Under the pieces are notes generated by a model. That model did no database searches and was not told where the DNA came from. It saw only the letters and a program-made list of their open reading frames with translations. Shown piece by piece: positions 60,015 through 64,000 of a stretch of 64,000 nt of DNA; positions within the stretch are counted from its first letter, which is position 1, and each line of letters starts with the position of its first letter. Source of the stretch: Flavobacteriia bacterium (GTDB lineage: Bacteria; Bacteroidota; Bacteroidia; Flavobacteriales; Flavobacteriaceae); the NCBI GenBank assembly GCA_011391075.1, contig JAABRF010000002.1, forward strand, positions 5,280 through 69,279. Reading direction: 5' to 3'. The position numbers and the translations under genes were made by a program.

Positions 60015-60302
60015 TAACAACGAAAACCGTGTAGTACAAGTGATTATGTTGATATATATATATTCGTTTATAGCTTTATACAACTTGTAGTAATAAAAAC
60101 CTAGATATAGTATAAAAATACACTTTTTTATGCCATCTTTTAACCCGTAATGTTGATATTGCCATAAGACGCATAAAACCTCTATCAAGAATCATTATAT
60201 ATCAATTATGTACATCTTGAAGAGAAACAGATTTTACTTATAAAGATAAAATAAACATATAGTATTAAAAGAGGAGCAAATATTCAAAAAAAGCACATAC
60301 AA

Positions 60303-61637
60303 ATGAAGAAATTATTAATCTTACCTATATTATTATTTAGTATTTCCTTTTTACATAGTCAAAACTATTACATGTCAAATCCTGAAGGTTATGGACAGGC
60401 AACAACAGGTGGCGGAAGTGTCACACCAGTTATTGTTAGTAATTATACTGACTTAAAAGCCAAAATTAAACTATCAACTCCCCAAGTAATTTTGGTGTCA
60501 GGAATTATTACATTTACTGATACTGAACTTCAAATAAGTGAAACTGTAAACAACAAAACCATCATTGGTTTACCGGGAGCTAAACTTATCAATATCAAAC
60601 AGACAGTTTCCACATCTGGAATATTGAATTTGAAAAGTGGCTCGAGTAATGTCATCATAAGAAATCTCATTTTTGAAGGCCCTGGTGCTTATGATATAGA
60701 CGGAAGAGATCTCCTTACCTCAGAAGGCTGTATGAATCTATGGGTAGACCATTGTGAATTTCAAGACGGAATTGATGGTAATTTTGATATAAAAAACACA
60801 TCTGATAATGTTACGGTTTCCTGGTGTAAATTCACCTATTTAAAACCTGCCATTCCTGGTGGATCGGGTGGATCAAGTGATCATCGATTTTCCAATCTCA
60901 TTGGCTCTAGTAGTAGTGATGCTCCCGCAGACGGTCATTATAGCGTTACTTTTCAAAATTGTTATTGGGGTGCTGGTTGCAAAAACAGAATGCCGAGAGT
61001 TAGAAATGGAGAAATCCATATATTAAATTGTTATTACAATACAGTAGGTGTTTCAAGCTCAGTTGCTTTAGGGTTAGGTGGCGGCACCAACAATACTACT
61101 TGTTATGTAGAAAACACACATTTTGCATATATAGGTTCTGTTTATCAATATTACAGTACCGATGGTGGTACCGTAGCTTTGACATTTGATGATTGTATAA
61201 ATGCTGTTTCTAATGTAGGAACAGTCTCCCAACCCACATACAGTTATTCTACTTTTCCGGCATCTGATGTAGCCACAGCTATACCCAATACCGATTGTGG
61301 CGCAGGAGCAACATTGCAAGTAACGGGTTCAGGTATTATTTCGAGTTCTTGTAATACAGTAGGAAATACGGAATACTTCTCAGATTTTGATTTGCTATTA
61401 TTTCCAACAATAACAGATCAATGGCTACATATAGAGTCTAAAGACGATTCCGACGATATACAGGAAATTACTATTTACTCCAATTTTGGGCAAAAAATAA
61501 TCATATCTGAATACTACAATTCATCTTATACAAACTTGGATTTGGATATTTCCCAACTTACAGATGGGGTTTATTTCTGTCATATAAAAACCGAAAACAG
61601 GAATACAACTCGAAAATTTATTAAAAAGACTCGTTGA
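60303..61637 (+). CDS. PL1-family pectate lyase with T9SS C-terminal sorting domain
   Basis: WVDHCEF and RMPRVRNG (PL1 vWiDH / RxPxxR motifs), parallel beta-helix; C-terminal ITDQWLHIES...GVYFCHIKTENRNTTRKFIKK is a Por CTD. Confidence 0.8.
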   Translation: MKKLLILPILLFSISFLHSQNYYMSNPEGYGQATTGGGSVTPVIVSNYTDLKAKIKLSTPQVILVSGIITFTDTELQISETVNNKTIIGLPGAKLINIKQTVSTSGILNLKSGSSNVIIRNLIFEGPGAYDIDGRDLLTSEGCMNLWVDHCEFQDGIDGNFDIKNTSDNVTVSWCKFTYLKPAIPGGSGGSSDHRFSNLIGSSSSDAPADGHYSVTFQNCYWGAGCKNRMPRVRNGEIHILNCYYNTVGVSSSVALGLGGGTNNTTCYVENTHFAYIGSVYQYYSTDGGTVALTFDDCINAVSNVGTVSQPTYSYSTFPASDVATAIPNTDCGAGATLQVTGSGIISSSCNTVGNTEYFSDFDLLLFPTITDQWLHIESKDDSDDIQEITIYSNFGQKIIISEYYNSSYTNLDLDISQLTDGVYFCHIKTENRNTTRKFIKKTR

Positions 61638-61697
61638 CAAAACTTATCAATTTCAAAAAAACTCAAACCATATTTAAATAATTTTAAAATAAAAAAA

Positions 61698-64000
61698 ATG
61701 AAACAATTAATTACTTTACTCATCCCCTTGTTTCTCATTAATTTTCATTTGCATGGACAAACAACTGAAACATACAACATGAGAGATGGCTCCACATTTA
61801 CCAATGATGGTGTTCAGTGGAATAATGTTACTTCAACTACAAGTCCAGATGGCAAACTCAGAACCCAAGCTAGCACAACCAAGTGGCATAGTACAACGTA
61901 TGGAATTGTTTTTAAAACCGGGAATTCATTGGAAATAGATGTAGCTGATGGCATTAACACCATTCGCTTTTATGGATCGATATACAGTGCCGGAACTATG
62001 TCGGGAAGCACAACAGCCGGAGGAATGGAATTGGGAACTCTCAATGTAGATATCGACACCTATTCAGGTATGGCAGATGTTACGGGATACTATGAATTTA
62101 ATTATACTGGAAGTGCTAGCACCTTGTTTTTTACATTTACAGGCTCCAATGCTTATACCCCACAAATTGAAATTACCCATGAAGCATCCGCTGTTCCTAA
62201 AACCGATGTGTGGGATTTTGGAGCTGTACAATTGGATGAGGTACTTTATAATAATATGTTAAACGAAACGGCAATCAATGCATGGTATACCTATGATGGT
62301 ACTCAGACACCAGGACAATCAGGGAGGACTTTACCATCCTTTAGTGCTGGAGATTTAACTTTTGTAACCAATGGCACGAATGACCGATTGAGAACTACCA
62401 ACTTGAATTTGACTCGATATGATCAAAACATTGCTAGTTCTACCAATTTTACGGGAAGAATTTATATCAATGCGGGTGGTAACACTGGTAGATACTTACA
62501 ATTAAATTTGCTTGAGGATGATGAAGTTACTATAGAAGCAAGGACTGATGCAGGAGGTACTATAAATTTTAAATACGTTGCCAATCCGAGTGAACAAACA
62601 GATGTGGTCAGTATTCCGGCTGCAGAAACACAGTTGCAATTTGTTGCAAAATCGGCAGGAGATTATCAAGTTTATGACTCATCAGGTAAACCAAGTTATT
62701 TTAGGGTTTATAGAAAACATGCAACCTACGTAACGGTAAGTGGAAGCATTGATGAAACTTTGGCAACAGGTATTCCCGATGGTTATACAATCAACTTCAC
62801 CAATGAAGCCGGCAAAACATTTTCAGCTACCGTTATTGATGGAACTTACACGATTGAATTACCTTCAGTTTACACCTATTCTTTGAGTTTAGGAAATGCA
62901 AACGGTTATGTCATAACCAATGGACTTAGTTTGGAAGTAAACGAAACAACATCCATACACAACATCGTTATTATGCAGGTTGATTTGTTTGCCGTAACGG
63001 GAAATGTAAGTGGTTTAACTGATTTAACCGATTTGGTATTACATTTTACTCCAGATCCTGATGCAGGTACTTTATACAACCCTATTGTAACTCTAAATAC
63101 ATCGAGTTCTTCCTATAGTGTCAATCTAGAGGCAAACATAGAATATACCATAACTGCTGAAGGTGTAAACGATTACGAAATACTTTTAAATTCCTTGACA
63201 ATAACCGGAATAGATACTTTTGATATCATTTTCTCGCCCAAACCACTTCATCAAGTTGCCCTGAATATTACCGGTTTGACTGCCACTCAAATCGATGATT
63301 TGAATGTAACTTTTACAAATCTAAACGAAGATGGATATCAATATAACTTTGCCGATGCAACAGCCGTAGCCCTTCGGGATGGCGTTTATGCAATCACCTA
63401 TAGTGGATTACATGCATATCCCGTTGAATTGGCGCTGACTGCCAATCTCCATGTATCAGGAGTAGACACCTCAAAAAATTTAAACTTCACACCCATTACT
63501 GAATGGCGTTTCAATGATCAAAACATCAATAGCGCAACAGCTTATAAGGGATTGATTTTTACCGGAAATGTCAATGTAAGAGGAACCAGTGGTGATTTGA
63601 ATGCGGGAGCTGGCTCAACCATTTCTATACCCGTAAGTGTTGGAAATAAAATTATCGTTAAAGATTATTACCAGTCCAATTATTCAATAGAAGGTGGTGC
63701 TGCTGTAACCAACACCTCAAATAGCACCAATGTTAATGTTATTTCGGAATATATTTATCAAGGTAGTGTAGATGGAACTGTAAACATTTCTGTTGCGGGA
63801 ACATCCTATTTTGTTTCCATTAAAAGAGTCGAAACAGTTGCTTTTGAACCTATTATTACCGTTGGAATTGATAAAGATTACCTAACGATTAATGAAGCAC
63901 TGAACGCTATTTCACTCATGAACAGACCCGACAATGAAAGAGTTACAGTACTTATTGATCCCGGAAATTACGAAGAAATGCTCGTGATTAACAGTCCGAA
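61698..64000 (+). CDS. Partial giant secreted protein: ~740 aa of beta-sandwich/Ig-like modules followed by the start of a CE8 pectin methylesterase domain; runs off the window
   Basis: Signal peptide MKQLITLLIPLFLINFHLHGQ. The C-terminal visible part ITVGIDKDYLTINEALNAISLMNRPDNERVTVLIDPGNYEEMLVIN matches the CE8 N-terminal signature. Confidence 0.7.
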   Translation, partial: MKQLITLLIPLFLINFHLHGQTTETYNMRDGSTFTNDGVQWNNVTSTTSPDGKLRTQASTTKWHSTTYGIVFKTGNSLEIDVADGINTIRFYGSIYSAGTMSGSTTAGGMELGTLNVDIDTYSGMADVTGYYEFNYTGSASTLFFTFTGSNAYTPQIEITHEASAVPKTDVWDFGAVQLDEVLYNNMLNETAINAWYTYDGTQTPGQSGRTLPSFSAGDLTFVTNGTNDRLRTTNLNLTRYDQNIASSTNFTGRIYINAGGNTGRYLQLNLLEDDEVTIEARTDAGGTINFKYVANPSEQTDVVSIPAAETQLQFVAKSAGDYQVYDSSGKPSYFRVYRKHATYVTVSGSIDETLATGIPDGYTINFTNEAGKTFSATVIDGTYTIELPSVYTYSLSLGNANGYVITNGLSLEVNETTSIHNIVIMQVDLFAVTGNVSGLTDLTDLVLHFTPDPDAGTLYNPIVTLNTSSSSYSVNLEANIEYTITAEGVNDYEILLNSLTITGIDTFDIIFSPKPLHQVALNITGLTATQIDDLNVTFTNLNEDGYQYNFADATAVALRDGVYAITYSGLHAYPVELALTANLHVSGVDTSKNLNFTPITEWRFNDQNINSATAYKGLIFTGNVNVRGTSGDLNAGAGSTISIPVSVGNKIIVKDYYQSNYSIEGGAAVTNTSNSTNVNVISEYIYQGSVDGTVNISVAGTSYFVSIKRVETVAFEPIITVGIDKDYLTINEALNAISLMNRPDNERVTVLIDPGNYEEMLVINSP

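Overview
AT-rich Bacteroidetes (Flavobacteriia-like) chromosomal segment; this identification is inferred from gene content (SusC/SusD, T9SS C-terminal sorting domains, mevalonate pathway, an OlsF-like fused acyltransferase) and from TAnnTTTG -7 promoter motifs. Left half (1-30 kb) carries housekeeping and envelope genes: an ArnT/PMT-like glycosyltransferase fragment, single-chain methylmalonyl-CoA mutase, PAP2 phosphatase, the rluD/PASTA/ddl cluster, a bifunctional ornithine-lipid-type acyltransferase next to a LURP-one/scramblase-like protein, aquaporin Z, mgsA, RidA, an LptD-like outer-membrane protein, an Amidase_3-SPOR amidase, MlaD/MCE, an orphan membrane Fe-S protein, a MazG-like protein, an SDR, a T9SS-secreted metzincin protease, and a mevalonate-pathway block (MVD, mevalonate kinase, UbiA prenyltransferase). 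Centre (30.2-34.3 kb) is a gene-free 1.2 kb stretch with tRNA-like cloverleaf sequences, followed by an unusual two-gene module: an atypical soluble SPFH/band-7 protein and a classic AAA ATPase with a novel N-domain. Right half (34.5-64 kb) is a pectin/hexuronate utilisation locus. It has a kduI-kduD-uxaC-kdgK-DUF386-eda-MFS-uxaB-uxaA operon, a divergent LacI regulator, GH28, a CE10-like esterase, DUF4861, GH105, GH43, a convergent SusC/SusD/SusE-position triad, and a PL1 pectate lyase and a giant CE8 protein with T9SS signals. Non-coding structure is prominent: an 18-copy 21-bp tandem array in a 1.27 kb gene-free gap, an 11-bp tandem array, a family of GC-rich perfect palindromes (TCCCGATAGCTATCGGGA), a ~417-bp MITE-like element with nested hairpins, four copies of an AATCGATT-core operator fused to -7 boxes, and several bidirectional terminators. 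Many ORF-track start codons were corrected to internal Mets.
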